From a virus (Duplodnaviria; Caudoviricetes), in the IMG/VR virus record IMGVR_UViG_2639763161_000004, positions 8,780-72,779 of that record: DNA of 64,000 nucleotides; one strand, 5' to 3'. The notes beneath the pieces are model-generated. The model ran no database searches, was not told the DNA's origin, and saw nothing but the letters and a program-made list of their open reading frames with translations. Position 1 is the first letter of the stretch, and each line of letters starts with the position of its first letter. The position numbers and the translations under genes are program-made. This document shows, one piece after another, positions 23,639 through 34,627 of this stretch.

Positions 23639-23998
23639 TCAGAATTGAACGTTGATCTGTGTGTTGTTTGTGTCCGTCACGGTCATGACGCCCGATGCGG
23701 CGCGATCGCTATTGCTGACCGTTGTTGTGCAGAAGGCTGACTGGACGTAAGGGAGCTTTTTGGCCTCGGTAGCCATTTTGGTGTTTATCAGTTGTGTGCC
23801 TGGCCACTTTCCGAGGATGCGCTCGTAATAAGGAATGCCAAGAGTCGTGTCGTACCACGCCTCCCCCAGGAAGGTAGAGCAGGCACATGCAACATCCTGA
23901 GCAACGGCATAAGGATTTGATGTGATCGCAATGTTGCCTGTGTCATCCAGTGAGATATCCCACGTTTCAGTCACAAGCTGGAATGATTTGGTGAGCAT
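23639..23998 (-). CDS. Baseplate wedge / sheath initiator (gp25-like)
   Basis: TFLGEAWYDTTLGIPY motif. Confidence 0.75.
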   Translation of the reverse strand: MLTKSFQLVTETWDISLDDTGNIAITSNPYAVAQDVACACSTFLGEAWYDTTLGIPYYERILGKWPGTQLINTKMATEAKKLPYVQSAFCTTTVSNSDRAASGVMTVTDTNNTQINVQF

Positions 23999-24011
23999 GG
24001 AAACTCCGGGC

Positions 24012-24036
24012 AATAAAAAACCCGCCGGAGCGGGTT
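24012..24036 (-). terminator. Intrinsic terminator inside the tail operon
   Basis: Minus strand ACCCGC-tccg-GCGGGT-TTTTT. Confidence 0.75.
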
Positions 24037-24736
24037 AGGTTGAAGGGGTATCTGTCTGGCCGGATCCTCTGTCTACGCCGCCATGTTTATGCGTAGATAG
24101 TGGAATGCCATTTCCGGTAACTTCCCCTACCGCAGTGACTGAACCACCGAATGTCGCATTACCCGCAAAGCTGCCAGAGCCCTGCGTAAGCTGCCCGTTA
24201 GCCTCGATGATCGGCGCATTGATGGAAACCCGGTCATCTGCATTCAGGCTGACAATGTTGGCCTGCACGTTAACAACCAGCGGAGAAACAATGTCTATGC
24301 CGTCACTGGAAAACTTCACGTACTGCGTGGGTTCGGCATTAAGCAGGCCGCCAAGGTAAACAGCATCTGAATAGCTGTGCGTGCGGTTTGAGCCGGGAAG
24401 CGCATCGGATTTGGTCTTTTTGACTGAGGTGATGTCACGATCGCAAATCGCTATCAGGCCAATATCCCCGGCGACAGGCGGCATAATCACAGCACTTGCA
24501 CCCCGCTGCAGCCGCCATACCGGTGCGCCATGGATGACAGAATTTGGAATGACATCGCCGCCACCAGTGAAGCCCTGAACCATAGGCCTGACAGAAACGC
24601 TTTCACCAGAGTCGCTGACGTCCGTTACGACAGCCAGGGTAATGAAGGCTTTACCCATCAGGAACTGCTGCATCATGAACTGTTGCGTATTGGCGTCCGT
24701 TGCAGTGTCCTGCGGCCGGTTTGTGAATAAATTCAT
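24035..24736 (-). CDS. Baseplate central spike (gpV/Gp138-like)
   Basis: N-terminal OB fold, C-terminal HKH iron-binding motif (THKHGGV). Confidence 0.85.
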   Translation of the reverse strand: MNLFTNRPQDTATDANTQQFMMQQFLMGKAFITLAVVTDVSDSGESVSVRPMVQGFTGGGDVIPNSVIHGAPVWRLQRGASAVIMPPVAGDIGLIAICDRDITSVKKTKSDALPGSNRTHSYSDAVYLGGLLNAEPTQYVKFSSDGIDIVSPLVVNVQANIVSLNADDRVSINAPIIEANGQLTQGSGSFAGNATFGGSVTAVGEVTGNGIPLSTHKHGGVDRGSGQTDTPST

Positions 24737-25590
24737 TACTGCCTCACTGTTAACTGCCCGATAGATGCCCAGACGATTGTCAGCCATGGGCCGCCCTCCA
24801 CCCATGATGAAAGGTGGTGGATTGCGGACTGAATCGTATAAACGCCACTCCCGTTGGGGAGGGAGGTTTCAAGCTGAACCTTGCGCCCCCGCAGGATGAG
24901 GTCGCTGTATTGGCACTGAAAATTAATGCCGTAGTTACTGAAAACGGGGTAACCAATCAGCCCATGATCTGGAGATATCAGCGGTATGGTGTCATCAACG
25001 CTGCCCCCCTGGGGCCAGATGTACACCGCGCCCAAACGAAAATCTATCTCGATACCAGCGGCATGCGCGCACTGCTGAATCTGGCTAATCGGGTTACCCT
25101 CAAAGTAAGGGTTTTCCAGTTGCGCCGTTACGCCGTTGTTTACCACGGTGTAATTTATGCTTCCGGCAATCGCCGTAATGATGTCGGCAACGTTAACCAC
25201 CCCGAGCTGAGAGAACGGAGAGGCCACCACCGACTGGTCGAACCCCGTTGAGAACGCGCTGATGATTAATGGCGCGTCAGGCATCTGATTAAAGTCGGCA
25301 AAGCAGTTTGTGATAGAGCCAAAAAAAACGGGTCTGTCATCGGCCCAGACCTTCATCATGTTCTGCTTTGCGCCGTTCAGCTGAATGCCCTTGTAACTGA
25401 GCAGCGCCATGTTCTCGATGCTGAGTCCGTATACGCGCGCCTCCAGCGTGGTGCCGGTGATGCCGCCATAGGCCCCGATTTCAACCTCAGCTTTGATGTC
25501 GCCTATCGTCAGAATGTTGTTGCCAGACTCATCAAATGCACCCTCTTTCAGGGTGAATTCAAACTTCAGCGTTCGCTTTTTGTAGGTCAT
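24736..25590 (-). CDS. Baseplate hub protein
   Basis: Position and size; GLIGYP motif. Confidence 0.7.
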   Translation of the reverse strand: MTYKKRTLKFEFTLKEGAFDESGNNILTIGDIKAEVEIGAYGGITGTTLEARVYGLSIENMALLSYKGIQLNGAKQNMMKVWADDRPVFFGSITNCFADFNQMPDAPLIISAFSTGFDQSVVASPFSQLGVVNVADIITAIAGSINYTVVNNGVTAQLENPYFEGNPISQIQQCAHAAGIEIDFRLGAVYIWPQGGSVDDTIPLISPDHGLIGYPVFSNYGINFQCQYSDLILRGRKVQLETSLPNGSGVYTIQSAIHHLSSWVEGGPWLTIVWASIGQLTVRQ

Positions 25591-25892
25591 GCTGCCATCT
25601 CTTCTGCAGTGGCATAAAACAGCTTGTAACGGGTGCCAAGTTCGTCATAAATCGGATCGTCGCTTCCTTTAGTGTCAGCAAAGAAAAGCTCACCCTGAAA
25701 CTTCAGGTAGGGATACCGGACAATCTTGTTGCAGTTCAGGCAAAGCACACCCTGAGCTATCCAGGTGTTACCCACTCCGATGTCCATAAACAGGCCCGTC
25801 GAACGCTGTACGATGCGGAGCGTAACCGTCTGGCCGCCCAGTTTCACACTGACCTCTTGCGCCTTCAGCGGCTTTAGCGAAATGTTCTGCAT
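25587..25892 (-). CDS. Small baseplate protein
   Basis: Position; translational coupling. Confidence 0.7.
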   Translation of the reverse strand: MQNISLKPLKAQEVSVKLGGQTVTLRIVQRSTGLFMDIGVGNTWIAQGVLCLNCNKIVRYPYLKFQGELFFADTKGSDDPIYDELGTRYKLFYATAEEMAA

Positions 25893-26695
25893 TACGACAA
25901 CCCCGCGACCAGTTCAGTGATTGTGGATGACAGGTTGTTTATCGCCGATGTCGCCGCTCCATTAATGGCGCTTGTTGCTCCGGATGTGGCGCTGCTGACT
26001 GCATTGCTGACGGATGTGGCAACCTTGACCGACGCGCTCGACACAGACGATTTGAGGCCCGTTAAAGCGCCCTTCACATCATCAAGAGTGGAGTTTGTCG
26101 CCGTGGAGTTTGCTTTTTCTGTGATGGTGCTGGCGGCTTTACTGGTTGCATTGGCAGTCGTGGAACTGTTAGCCGTCGTGCTGGTCAGCGTGACCTCTGC
26201 CGACTGTAAGACAGCCTGAAATATCGCCTCAACTGTCAGCAGAGTGACATCGCGATCTGACGTGCGGTAGTTGTACCTGACGAGATCGTAATCCTCGTAG
26301 GTCGTGTCCGGCGTCTCAATGTCGTAAACATCTGCTGTCGCCACCATCTCATCCAGCGCTGCCAGCATGTCAGCCCTGCTTGTCAGGCTGAAGTTGGTCA
26401 GGTTTGGAATGCTGCCACTAAACCCCGTCCACCCCTCAAGCGTGAACAGCACCCGAATGACCGGCGGTCGCTTTACTTTATTGAAGGATGAATACGAGCC
26501 CTGCTCGATCGGAGCCGACACCACAGAAGCATCAGCGCCATACTCAATGCCAAGGAACGACGTGGGATTCAGGGCAGCCGCGCCCGACTTAAGGTATATT
26601 CCGTAGCCGGGCGACAGCGTGCTGTTAATGATGGAGAAGATATTGCCGCTGTTTATCGCACTGAGCAGCGTTGTTTCATTCAGTGAAAATGCCAT
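25892..26695 (-). CDS. Tail-tube initiator / Dit-like baseplate protein
   Basis: [13 protein letters not shown] motif; follows tape measure. Confidence 0.7.
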   Translation of the reverse strand: MAFSLNETTLLSAINSGNIFSIINSTLSPGYGIYLKSGAAALNPTSFLGIEYGADASVVSAPIEQGSYSSFNKVKRPPVIRVLFTLEGWTGFSGSIPNLTNFSLTSRADMLAALDEMVATADVYDIETPDTTYEDYDLVRYNYRTSDRDVTLLTVEAIFQAVLQSAEVTLTSTTANSSTTANATSKAASTITEKANSTATNSTLDDVKGALTGLKSSVSSASVKVATSVSNAVSSATSGATSAINGAATSAINNLSSTITELVAGLS

Positions 26696-26696
26696 A

Positions 26697-28475
26697 TCAG
26701 CCCTGCCCTGAGAGTGATGGTGTTACCAGCCGGTTCCTCTGTACGCTGCGCATGATGTCCTGGCCTAACGCGTTGGCGTTGGAGGCGGACGTAGTCATAT
26801 TGACCTCACCGATATGAATCTGAGTGCCTGCACCGGCAGGTGATGGGGAGCCGTTCATTGACGTAACGCCAGCGCCAAGGCGGATGCCGCCCATGATGTC
26901 TGATGAGCTGATGTAGCCCTTTCCATTTTCATGATCGACAATTCCCTTCATCAGGCGGGCGATGGTGCCAGTGTCATTCGGATCAAGCGCCTCATTCGCA
27001 CCTTTACCGGTAGCTGCCGACAGCGCGCTGATATAAGCACCGACATTGTTGTTGTCACCGGCAGGAGCGTATTTGTTGACGATGGCAGAAAGCGTATTAA
27101 CACCGCGCCTGAAATAAACCTGCAACTGCTTATACAGTGCGGCCACGCCTTCCTGCATTGACCCAAATACCGCAAAGCGCCCGTTCTCACCGCCTTCTTT
27201 GGTGGCCCCGGCCTGGCCTGCATAGTTCAGGTTGCCAGGGTTGTTATTTCGGATGCCACGCGGTGCAGATTTGTAGCCATCACCACGCGGAAGCTCTATG
27301 CCGGTTTTATCAAATGCCCAGTCATGAAACTTCTTGCCCCACTCGGTAGTTGTTCCGGTACCCATACCGCTATTGAGCGTGTTTGCTACCGGGTTGTTGA
27401 CGAGCCAGGAATATTTTTTCTCAAGCTGTTCGGCGTACTTCTGAAGCTCGACCAGACCGGCGATAAGGCTGAGACGCGACAGGCCGATTAGCGCGCCTTT
27501 TACACCACCAAACGCACCCAACATGCCTGTCAGCCACTTTCCGGCCACAAATACAAGCAACAGTGATAAGGCGTTTTCCCACCCGCCAACCGCATCGACA
27601 GCGTTGCCTATCTCTTTTGATGTGTCAGAGAAGAACTTCTGAATCTCCGGGCCGTGAGTGGAAATCCAGTTGCCAAATTTTTCGATAAGTGGGATCAGTT
27701 TCTCTACGTAGGGAATCAGAGCTTCATAAAGCACCTGTGAGGCGGCGGAGAAGTTTTGCTTCATCTCTGCCAGGCGACGATTAAACTCCTGCGCTTTTCG
27801 CGTTGCCTCGTCTGTCGCGCGCGACATCTTAGTGAAGCGGTCGGCATCCTGAACCAGATTGCCGCTTCCCATTGCCTGCTGAGTGGCATTATCAAATCCG
27901 AACATGCTGCCAAACCGGCGCTGAGCGTCTTTGTTAAGCTTGCCCCAGTTCTGCGCAATCTTGCGCATGATGGCTTCTGAGTTATCGTTTTGATAATCGA
28001 AGTTGGCCCCGGTGGCCGCCCCGAAGCTTGCCAGCGCGCCGAAAAGCGGATCATCCTGCGCGCCACCGGTCCTGATTTTGGTCAGTGTGTCCTGAAATGC
28101 GCCCAGTGTGCCGGTAATCTTCTGCGCGCTCGAACCGGCAGCTTCTGCTGCGCGCTGCCAGCCATCAAGTGATTTTGACGACATATCCAGCGATTTCGAG
28201 CTCACAGCAAGCTGCTGTAGGTTGCTCGTCATGCCAGTGATAAACGTCTTGATGCCCTGCGCGGACAATGTCACGCCAACAAGCGCCAGCAGTTCAGTAC
28301 GGATTGACCCAAAGAAAGAGGCCGCTCTTTTACCTGCGGCCTCCATTTCTTTCGCTGTCTGATCAGCATTGTCTTTGGTGTCTTTCAGGCCTTTCTTTAC
28401 GTCTGCCTGACCCTTTTTAAAATTACTTGAGTCAAGCCCCAGCGTAACAATCAGGGAATCAATGATGTTAGGCAT
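26697..28475 (-). CDS. Tape measure protein with C-terminal lysozyme-like domain
   Basis: IDSLIVTLGLD N-terminus, helical body, RNNNPGN...KYAP..NN muramidase motif. Confidence 0.88.
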   Translation of the reverse strand: MPNIIDSLIVTLGLDSSNFKKGQADVKKGLKDTKDNADQTAKEMEAAGKRAASFFGSIRTELLALVGVTLSAQGIKTFITGMTSNLQQLAVSSKSLDMSSKSLDGWQRAAEAAGSSAQKITGTLGAFQDTLTKIRTGGAQDDPLFGALASFGAATGANFDYQNDNSEAIMRKIAQNWGKLNKDAQRRFGSMFGFDNATQQAMGSGNLVQDADRFTKMSRATDEATRKAQEFNRRLAEMKQNFSAASQVLYEALIPYVEKLIPLIEKFGNWISTHGPEIQKFFSDTSKEIGNAVDAVGGWENALSLLLVFVAGKWLTGMLGAFGGVKGALIGLSRLSLIAGLVELQKYAEQLEKKYSWLVNNPVANTLNSGMGTGTTTEWGKKFHDWAFDKTGIELPRGDGYKSAPRGIRNNNPGNLNYAGQAGATKEGGENGRFAVFGSMQEGVAALYKQLQVYFRRGVNTLSAIVNKYAPAGDNNNVGAYISALSAATGKGANEALDPNDTGTIARLMKGIVDHENGKGYISSSDIMGGIRLGAGVTSMNGSPSPAGAGTQIHIGEVNMTTSASNANALGQDIMRSVQRNRLVTPSLSGQG

Positions 28476-28711
28476 TACGGATTCTCCTGAGAGCGGTTAA
28501 TAACCATCTGGTTGTAGTTTTCCACGGTATTGATTTCCAGCAGCCGCCATAAGTCCTCTGTGCCGTAAAAGGTATCCAGCTCATAGAGGGTCGCAAGTTT
28601 TGAGGAGACAACAGTTGCGATGGTGCTGGGAACATTTTCATATTTCACCAGCCCCACCACGTCACTCCCCATAGTAGGCGGAATGTCTAACCTGCGACGG
28701 CGGTGAAAAAA
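28475..28711 (-). CDS. Tail assembly chaperone C-terminal extension (gpT-like), reached by -1 frameshift
   Basis: -1 frame open from T TTT TTC (28711-28705) into ORF 28475-28672. Confidence 0.75.
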   Translation of the reverse strand, partial: FFHRRRRLDIPPTMGSDVVGLVKYENVPSTIATVVSSKLATLYELDTFYGTEDLWRLLEINTVENYNQMVINRSQENP

Positions 28712-29091
28712 TCAACGTGCAGCTTCAGCACTTCAGAACGCAACTTGAGGCGGGTTGTCACTTCCTCGACCGCATCTTCCATAATGGGCCGCTTAACAGA
28801 CCGGTCATCAGGGTTTGGCACGTACTCAACACAGGACATTAGCTCGTCGAGTAGCGGCTTTGCTTCTTCCGGGTCAATTTTTGCAACCATTTCGAGGCCG
28901 ACTTTAGCCATGCCTGCCATACCCAAATCTGAAAAGTTATCCGGAAGATTAACGCCGTTCTTAGCCATCGCCAGTCCGGCACGGATCGCCCACCATTCAG
29001 CTTTAGAGGCAGCCATTTCGCGAATAAAGAAGACCTTCCCCTGATCACGTCCTTTTCCCTCTACCGTGTAATAAAGCTCTTTACGTGCCAT
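28687..29091 (-). CDS. Tail assembly chaperone (gpG-like)
   Basis: Between tube and tape measure; ends with DFF slippery site. Confidence 0.8.
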   Translation of the reverse strand: MARKELYYTVEGKGRDQGKVFFIREMAASKAEWWAIRAGLAMAKNGVNLPDNFSDLGMAGMAKVGLEMVAKIDPEEAKPLLDELMSCVEYVPNPDDRSVKRPIMEDAVEEVTTRLKLRSEVLKLHVDFFTAVAG

Positions 29092-29099
29092 GTGATTCC

Positions 29100-29540
29100 T
29101 TACGCCTGATAGGCCTCAGCCGTGACATTCTCCCAGTTAATCTGGAAGGTCATTGCCTGCAGTACGCGCTGCGCATCCGGGATGGCTTTAACTCGCTGCA
29201 GTACGCCGTTGGTCAGTGTGAACTTACGGCCAATGGCCGGGAGGATGATTGTTGCGTTGCAGCGGAAAACCGCCTTGGACGTTACCGAAGTCAGTTGCCA
29301 GGTTTCGAACAGTCCGCGTGACGGGCTGTCTGGCATGATGGTGATCGTCTGAAGATACTCCCCGAACACGAAGCCAGCCGACAGCTTGCCGTCAGCGCCA
29401 CGGACAGACACTGCCATTTCGGTATCGCCCAGGGCGAACATCGCATCAGCGGCATAACCTTCCAGCGTTTGCGCGCTGGGGAAAAGGTTGGTAACAGTGA
29501 GGGCGAAAATAGAATCAGCGCTTGTGATAGTGTTGGACAT
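29100..29540 (-). CDS. Tail tube protein
   Basis: Follows sheath; GADG motif, 146 aa. Confidence 0.8.
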   Translation of the reverse strand: MSNTITSADSIFALTVTNLFPSAQTLEGYAADAMFALGDTEMAVSVRGADGKLSAGFVFGEYLQTITIMPDSPSRGLFETWQLTSVTSKAVFRCNATIILPAIGRKFTLTNGVLQRVKAIPDAQRVLQAMTFQINWENVTAEAYQA

Positions 29541-31018
29541 TATTGCACCTCAATGCTTGCCAGGGTGATTTTCTGCACACAGCCGCCATCGCAGTACCAT
29601 AGGGTCATGCTTGGGCTTGTGCGCGCCTGACGCTGTTCTGGCGTCGCGTCTGCGATAAACAGGTAGTAGCCTTTGGCGATCAGCGAGGCTGACACGTCGG
29701 TGCCGACAGCGTTCTGAATCTCTGAAATCTGCGAAGATGACAGGTTTACGCCGGTACGGATGCCGCCAAATGTGATGCCCTGATTAAGGGTATCTGCGAA
29801 TGACGCCTCAATGATTGCCTTGCCACGCGCGTTGTAAGGAATGCTGCGGTTAGACTGGAAAAGCTCAATCGCGTCCTGAGCCAGGTTGGCATTGAGCCAG
29901 ATCTGGAAGCAGAAGGAATCGAACCATTTGAAGTCACCAGAGACGGTGCCATCGGCCCAGTAGCGCGTGTCGTAATTGTTCGCCGTGTATGCGCCGTAGA
30001 AGTTGTATCCGTTGGCGATGAGCGCGTCGTAGTCCGCTGAAGAATCCACGGTTGACAACAGCCCTGACAGGGAGCGGAACTTGAACGGAACCCGACCCTC
30101 CTGGCGACTGAAGTCCAGCGAAGCTGAGTAACCTAACACTGCTGCGGCATGTGCCTGGCTGCCGTATACCGGCACTGCATTTGCATATGCGTTGGTGACC
30201 AGAATCAGGTGGGCGAGCGTCGTTGTTGAGCCAGAAACCAGCGCTGCGGCTTCCTGCGTATATGGCACGTAGCCAAAGCGGAAGTTCTGTCCATTTACCC
30301 AGGCAGAGAACGCCAGCGCCTGATCGTTGCTTGGCGCAAACGATGTGGTGAAGATGGCCCAGTTCTGAGATGAATCAAGAATCGCCTGCATTGCAGTAGT
30401 CACGACGGCAGCATCGGCACCCTGAGAGAGAAGAGCTCCATCAGTCGCGGTAAGCTTGAGGCCATCGGAAAGCGTTCCGGTCGCATAAGTGATTGTGCTA
30501 TCCGCGCCGGTAGTGGCAGAGGTGATGACGAAACGCTTCTGTGTCGTGTCGTAATCAACCGTAACACTGGACCCAATGCCTGTTTCAATCAGGTCTGCAG
30601 CCTGCGCAAAGCTTGTAGCCCCGCTCAGGTTGATAGAGGCTGAGGTATGGGGAGTTCCGTCAACCGTTAGCGTCAGGACGCCTGACAGCAGCTTTAGCTG
30701 GTCCAGGGTGACGTTTGCCATTGAACCGGAGCGCAGCCATGCCGCAGCCGCCGCCGGGTTGAACCGGGCGAAAAGCAGCGCGCCAGGCGTTTTGGTTGAG
30801 CCGTCATAGCCCTGAAAGTAGATTTCAGCCATGCTGAATTCATTTGACGAGCTGCCGAAATATGCCGACACGTCATCCTTACTGGTGAACGTGACAACAC
30901 TCCCCACCGGAGCATAGGCGCTGTCGGTCAGGATAAGGCCATTCAGATCGAGCGCTGAACCGCCAGCAGGCAAAACGCCAGGGTTGATCTGGACATCTTT
31001 ACGTAATGGGATTGCCAT
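29540..31018 (-). CDS. Contractile tail sheath (DUF3383-like)
   Basis: 492 aa; NGYNFYG, IPYNARG motifs. Confidence 0.88.
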   Translation of the reverse strand: MAIPLRKDVQINPGVLPAGGSALDLNGLILTDSAYAPVGSVVTFTSKDDVSAYFGSSSNEFSMAEIYFQGYDGSTKTPGALLFARFNPAAAAAWLRSGSMANVTLDQLKLLSGVLTLTVDGTPHTSASINLSGATSFAQAADLIETGIGSSVTVDYDTTQKRFVITSATTGADSTITYATGTLSDGLKLTATDGALLSQGADAAVVTTAMQAILDSSQNWAIFTTSFAPSNDQALAFSAWVNGQNFRFGYVPYTQEAAALVSGSTTTLAHLILVTNAYANAVPVYGSQAHAAAVLGYSASLDFSRQEGRVPFKFRSLSGLLSTVDSSADYDALIANGYNFYGAYTANNYDTRYWADGTVSGDFKWFDSFCFQIWLNANLAQDAIELFQSNRSIPYNARGKAIIEASFADTLNQGITFGGIRTGVNLSSSQISEIQNAVGTDVSASLIAKGYYLFIADATPEQRQARTSPSMTLWYCDGGCVQKITLASIEVQ

Positions 31019-31570
31019 TTATGCATTCTCCGGAGGGTATTTTAAATCTGCGGCAATGGTGCCGACGGTGATGCTGTCCATGAAGTCCTGACGTGTGGTA
31101 ACGGTCGGGTTGAACTGACCAATAAATTCCATCGTCCAGCGGCCTTCATACTGTTGTTCGCCGTTAATCATGGTTGTCTGGTGCGGGTCTGAGCAGTAAA
31201 GAGGGATAAGCACGGGTCCGTTTGCGCGAAACCAGTCACAGGCATAATCAGAGCGAACCAGGGTGCCGATGATGGCTGCGTTATCCGCCGCGTTCTCGCC
31301 GTAGCAGTCAATCTGACAAGGCCACTGGGTACTGCGCTGGTTAAGCTGCTTACCCTGACCATAGATGCCGTTATCGTTGAAGCTGACGCGGTTTGTGGAC
31401 AGGCCTATTTGCTTCAGTGGCGTCATGATGATGAAGTCACTGAGCGGCATAGGGTCGAGGTTTTGCTGACCGACCAGCACAAAGTCCATCGTCAGACCGG
31501 TCACTTCCATCAAGAAAGCCTGGAGAGCTATGCGCAAGTCTAACTCAGTAACATCAACGGTGGCTGTCAT
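31019..31570 (-). CDS. Neck / tail terminator protein
   Basis: QIDCYG, QQYEGRW; position. Confidence 0.7.
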   Translation of the reverse strand: MTATVDVTELDLRIALQAFLMEVTGLTMDFVLVGQQNLDPMPLSDFIIMTPLKQIGLSTNRVSFNDNGIYGQGKQLNQRSTQWPCQIDCYGENAADNAAIIGTLVRSDYACDWFRANGPVLIPLYCSDPHQTTMINGEQQYEGRWTMEFIGQFNPTVTTRQDFMDSITVGTIAADLKYPPENA

Positions 31571-31935
31571 GTCGGCCTCTGCAGGTTAATGATGAGTTTG
31601 CACCAGTCCGGCCAGAGTTCAGCGACTTTGACGACAAGCCACTTCTGATCGCCCACCATCAGGAAGTCACCACCTTTTTGCTCAGGCCGGTTGATGCCAT
31701 TGAAATTACCGGTGACATAAGCCGATCGCAGAATCCCCTGAATGTTGATGGCGTCAACCTGCTTCAGGTCTGTCGATGACAGTTCCTGCAACTGAACCAT
31801 CACCTCCACACTGGTATAAGACTGCGTCTTTTTACCGCCGGGTAGCGTGGAAGAGCCGGTGTTAACCATGAACGTGCCTGGCACATCGGGATTGACGCGG
31901 GTAATTGCTCCGCGCACGATTCCGTGTAGGTTCAT
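31567..31935 (-). CDS. Head-closure protein
   Basis: MNLHGIVRGAI, WPDW; position. Confidence 0.7.
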   Translation of the reverse strand: MNLHGIVRGAITRVNPDVPGTFMVNTGSSTLPGGKKTQSYTSVEVMVQLQELSSTDLKQVDAINIQGILRSAYVTGNFNGINRPEQKGGDFLMVGDQKWLVVKVAELWPDWCKLIINLQRPT

Positions 31936-32381
31936 CAGGTCACCTCGTAGTTGACGTCGCCGATCATCACGCGCGTATCGACAAGAGGTTTGTCTGACTG
32001 GTTTGGCATGACCTTGCGGTTTCTGCGGCGCTCAAGCGTGACGGGCGATAGTGCAGGCTCGGTAAGGGTCGCAATCGACTCCTGCACATCGCCTTTTATC
32101 TGCGCGCCAACTACTTCAAGCACAGTTCGGGCATCATTTCCGGCAGCAAGGCCACGCTCAATCGTTTTGGTCCACTCACCTTTTTTCTCTGCAATAGCAT
32201 TGCGGAAGAAAGGCCGTGGCGGCTGATTGTGTGCCGGGTCTCCGTATTCATTCATTGTGGCAACCAGCGCAACGCTGGTGCCATCCGGATACGTTGACCC
32301 GCCGAGAAACCCGGCGCGGACTTCAGTGGCATTCAGCTTTTCCAGCATTCCCTCAAGGTACTTATCCAGTCCGTCAGCCAT
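31935..32381 (-). CDS. Neck protein (HK97 gp10-like)
   Basis: NEYG...PPRPFFR, KPLVDT. Confidence 0.75.
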   Translation of the reverse strand: MADGLDKYLEGMLEKLNATEVRAGFLGGSTYPDGTSVALVATMNEYGDPAHNQPPRPFFRNAIAEKKGEWTKTIERGLAAGNDARTVLEVVGAQIKGDVQESIATLTEPALSPVTLERRRNRKVMPNQSDKPLVDTRVMIGDVNYEVT

Positions 32382-32778
32382 AAATGCTCCCCGGGTAGTA
32401 AGTCGCCATGCGGTAGACTTTAGTGGCCTGCCAGAAGCCCATGCCGTAAGGGCTCTGCGTATACCATGCATACCGGAACTCAATCGGGCCGAGCTCGGAC
32501 GATACCGACACGCTGCCCTCTGAAGCCGATGAAATCCGCCCAACCATTCCCGAGCCACCGTTACCCTTATTGTCGCCGTATCTCACATACGCGATGTGAG
32601 CCATCAGCATATAGAGCAGGCGCTCGCGCTTGATGGGGTCATCAACGAGTGAGAAATTGGTGTTATTCAGGTAGTCAGTTGCCTGGTCGAACAGGAAGGG
32701 CAGGATTGCATCGGTGACGTTTGAGAACTCAGGATACATGTCGCGGAAGCTGGTAATGTTCAGCGTCACGACAGCCAT
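32374..32778 (-). CDS. Head-tail adaptor (DUF4054-like)
   Basis: FRDMYPEF, GRISSASEGSVSVS, QSPYG. Confidence 0.8.
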   Translation of the reverse strand: MAVVTLNITSFRDMYPEFSNVTDAILPFLFDQATDYLNNTNFSLVDDPIKRERLLYMLMAHIAYVRYGDNKGNGGSGMVGRISSASEGSVSVSSELGPIEFRYAWYTQSPYGMGFWQATKVYRMATYYPGSIYG

Positions 32779-32781
32779 GAT

Positions 32782-33108
32782 TTAGTCCTCTTTGAGGTCT
32801 TCCACTCCTGCAGCGGCAGCATTGGCCTGCTCAAGGCCAGTCTTTTGCTTTGACCGTTCCAGAGCGGCGTCTGCTGCTGACTTCTCATCCGACACAGCAA
32901 ACACAATGCCGTTACGAATAAGTGGTCCGTCAGCATGGGCTTTGGCGAATGCATCCCACACATCCGCAGGCACATCCTTGGTAATGCCGAACCCGTTAAT
33001 CAGGGCCGAATCGTTGGCCCCTTTCAGTTCGACGCGATCAGCACCATGTCCGATGCGTAGGCCATTAGGAAGCTTGCAGCCGATTACGTAAGTTGATCCC
33101 TTTGCCAT
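32782..33108 (-). CDS. Virion-associated hypothetical protein
   Basis: CKLPNGL...GFGIT; follows capsid gene. Confidence 0.7.
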   Translation of the reverse strand: MAKGSTYVIGCKLPNGLRIGHGADRVELKGANDSALINGFGITKDVPADVWDAFAKAHADGPLIRNGIVFAVSDEKSAADAALERSKQKTGLEQANAAAAGVEDLKED

Positions 33109-33111
33109 GCG

Positions 33112-34137
33112 TTAAACTCCCAGCATCTGTGCGAACAGGAACGGCTGAGTGATAACTGCGCCGTAAGTGGTACCGGAGTGCTTCTGCTTCCAGCTTGAAG
33201 TCATGGTGATGACCGGATGAGCACGCAGTTTTTCACTGTATGCGCAGTAGCCGACATCCTGGCCCTGTGCGGTGCGCACAAACATCTGCACCAGCTCACC
33301 TGCATCAGTGCTGTACTGCGGAGCCACTTCGATGGTGATGTTGGTGAAGGTGTCTTTGACCATCTTCTCAACGGAGTTGCCGAACACTTCGTTCGACTTT
33401 TTGAACCACACCGATGCTTTAGGCGACATTCCCAGAACCAGCGGAGAGGCCATGTCAACGCCGTCACCTACTGCACCGTTGGTGCGGGTGATCAGGTCTT
33501 CGTACAGCGCCAGGATATCGTTGTAGATATCGATGACCTGCTTGGCAGACCACAGGGTTGCGCCGCCCACAGTGGCCGGAGTCAGCGGTGAAGGCAGTGA
33601 CGGGTCATTCAGGATGCCGTAGTTCAGCAGGCCATTGACGCCGTAGAAGTAAAACTTGTTCTGTGCCTGATTCATGGTCCAGGCAGCGGCGCGCTGCTTC
33701 TCAGCAACGTATGGCAGCATTGCCAGGCCGTAGCGTTCCTGCTCCAGTTCGCCATAAGTAACCATGGTCTGGTAGCGATACACCTGACGGTTTTCCCAGC
33801 GAGAGGTCACCTGGTTGGCACCCTGTTCGCTGTAATCGTCATACGCAACCACGTCACCAGACTGCTCAACGCGCTGGATCATCATGGTGTCTTGCGCCCA
33901 CGAACCTTTTTTCTTCTCGCCCAGAATGTCTACAGCCTTCTGCTTGGCGAAGATGGTGCGCACAATTTCGGGGTCAATGAAGGTTGAAACGATCGCCGGG
34001 ATGCCGCCGTTTGCTGCCAGGCTCGGCTGCGGGTCAGCATCCATTGCGAATTTGGTTACCGAAGCGGGCAGGTAAACGCCACGGGATTCGGCTTCCGCTT
34101 TAAAGGCCGCGAAATCAGCCTGAGTCAGTTGAGGCAT
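33112..34137 (-). CDS. Major capsid protein (DUF2184-like)
   Basis: 341 aa, FYG...YGILNDP; position. Confidence 0.88.
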   Translation of the reverse strand: MPQLTQADFAAFKAEAESRGVYLPASVTKFAMDADPQPSLAANGGIPAIVSTFIDPEIVRTIFAKQKAVDILGEKKKGSWAQDTMMIQRVEQSGDVVAYDDYSEQGANQVTSRWENRQVYRYQTMVTYGELEQERYGLAMLPYVAEKQRAAAWTMNQAQNKFYFYGVNGLLNYGILNDPSLPSPLTPATVGGATLWSAKQVIDIYNDILALYEDLITRTNGAVGDGVDMASPLVLGMSPKASVWFKKSNEVFGNSVEKMVKDTFTNITIEVAPQYSTDAGELVQMFVRTAQGQDVGYCAYSEKLRAHPVITMTSSWKQKHSGTTYGAVITQPFLFAQMLGV

Positions 34138-34625
34138 TATGCTTTGCTCCAGGTAGAAATGATGATCAGGTTGCCGGTGGTCGCCGCGTAAGAGACGTAC
34201 CAGTCGGTCTCTACAGCGCCCGAAATGGTCGCACCTGCTGTGCCGGTCTTCAGCGTGCCGTCTGCCAGCACAGCAAAGACTTTCTGACCAACGGTGGCAT
34301 CAGTAGCCGCCAGTGCCCAGAAGTCACCACCAACCACAGGGGAAGCCTCACGGCCTGCCGGGATGGTCATGCTGGTATTTTGCAGATAGCCGATGGTGGC
34401 GTTGGCGTTGTTGTAGATGAAGCCCAGAGGCTTGCCGGTTCCGGTATTGTTCAGCAACAGAGGGTTGGTGCCGTCGCGCCATGCGAAACGGGCCATGACC
34501 AGACCGCTTGCGCCAGCCTGGAATGCACCAGGGCCACCGGCAGCGGCGATGATTGGGCTGTTTGATGCAGGCTGACCAGCCTGACCAACGCCAGAGTAAA
34601 TGTTAACGCTCGTCTGGAAAGCCAT
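34137..34625 (-). CDS. Capsid cement / decoration protein
   Basis: MAFQTSVN, RFAW, GDFW; upstream of capsid gene. Confidence 0.75.
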   Translation of the reverse strand: MAFQTSVNIYSGVGQAGQPASNSPIIAAAGGPGAFQAGASGLVMARFAWRDGTNPLLLNNTGTGKPLGFIYNNANATIGYLQNTSMTIPAGREASPVVGGDFWALAATDATVGQKVFAVLADGTLKTGTAGATISGAVETDWYVSYAATTGNLIIISTWSKA

Positions 34626-34627
34626 TG

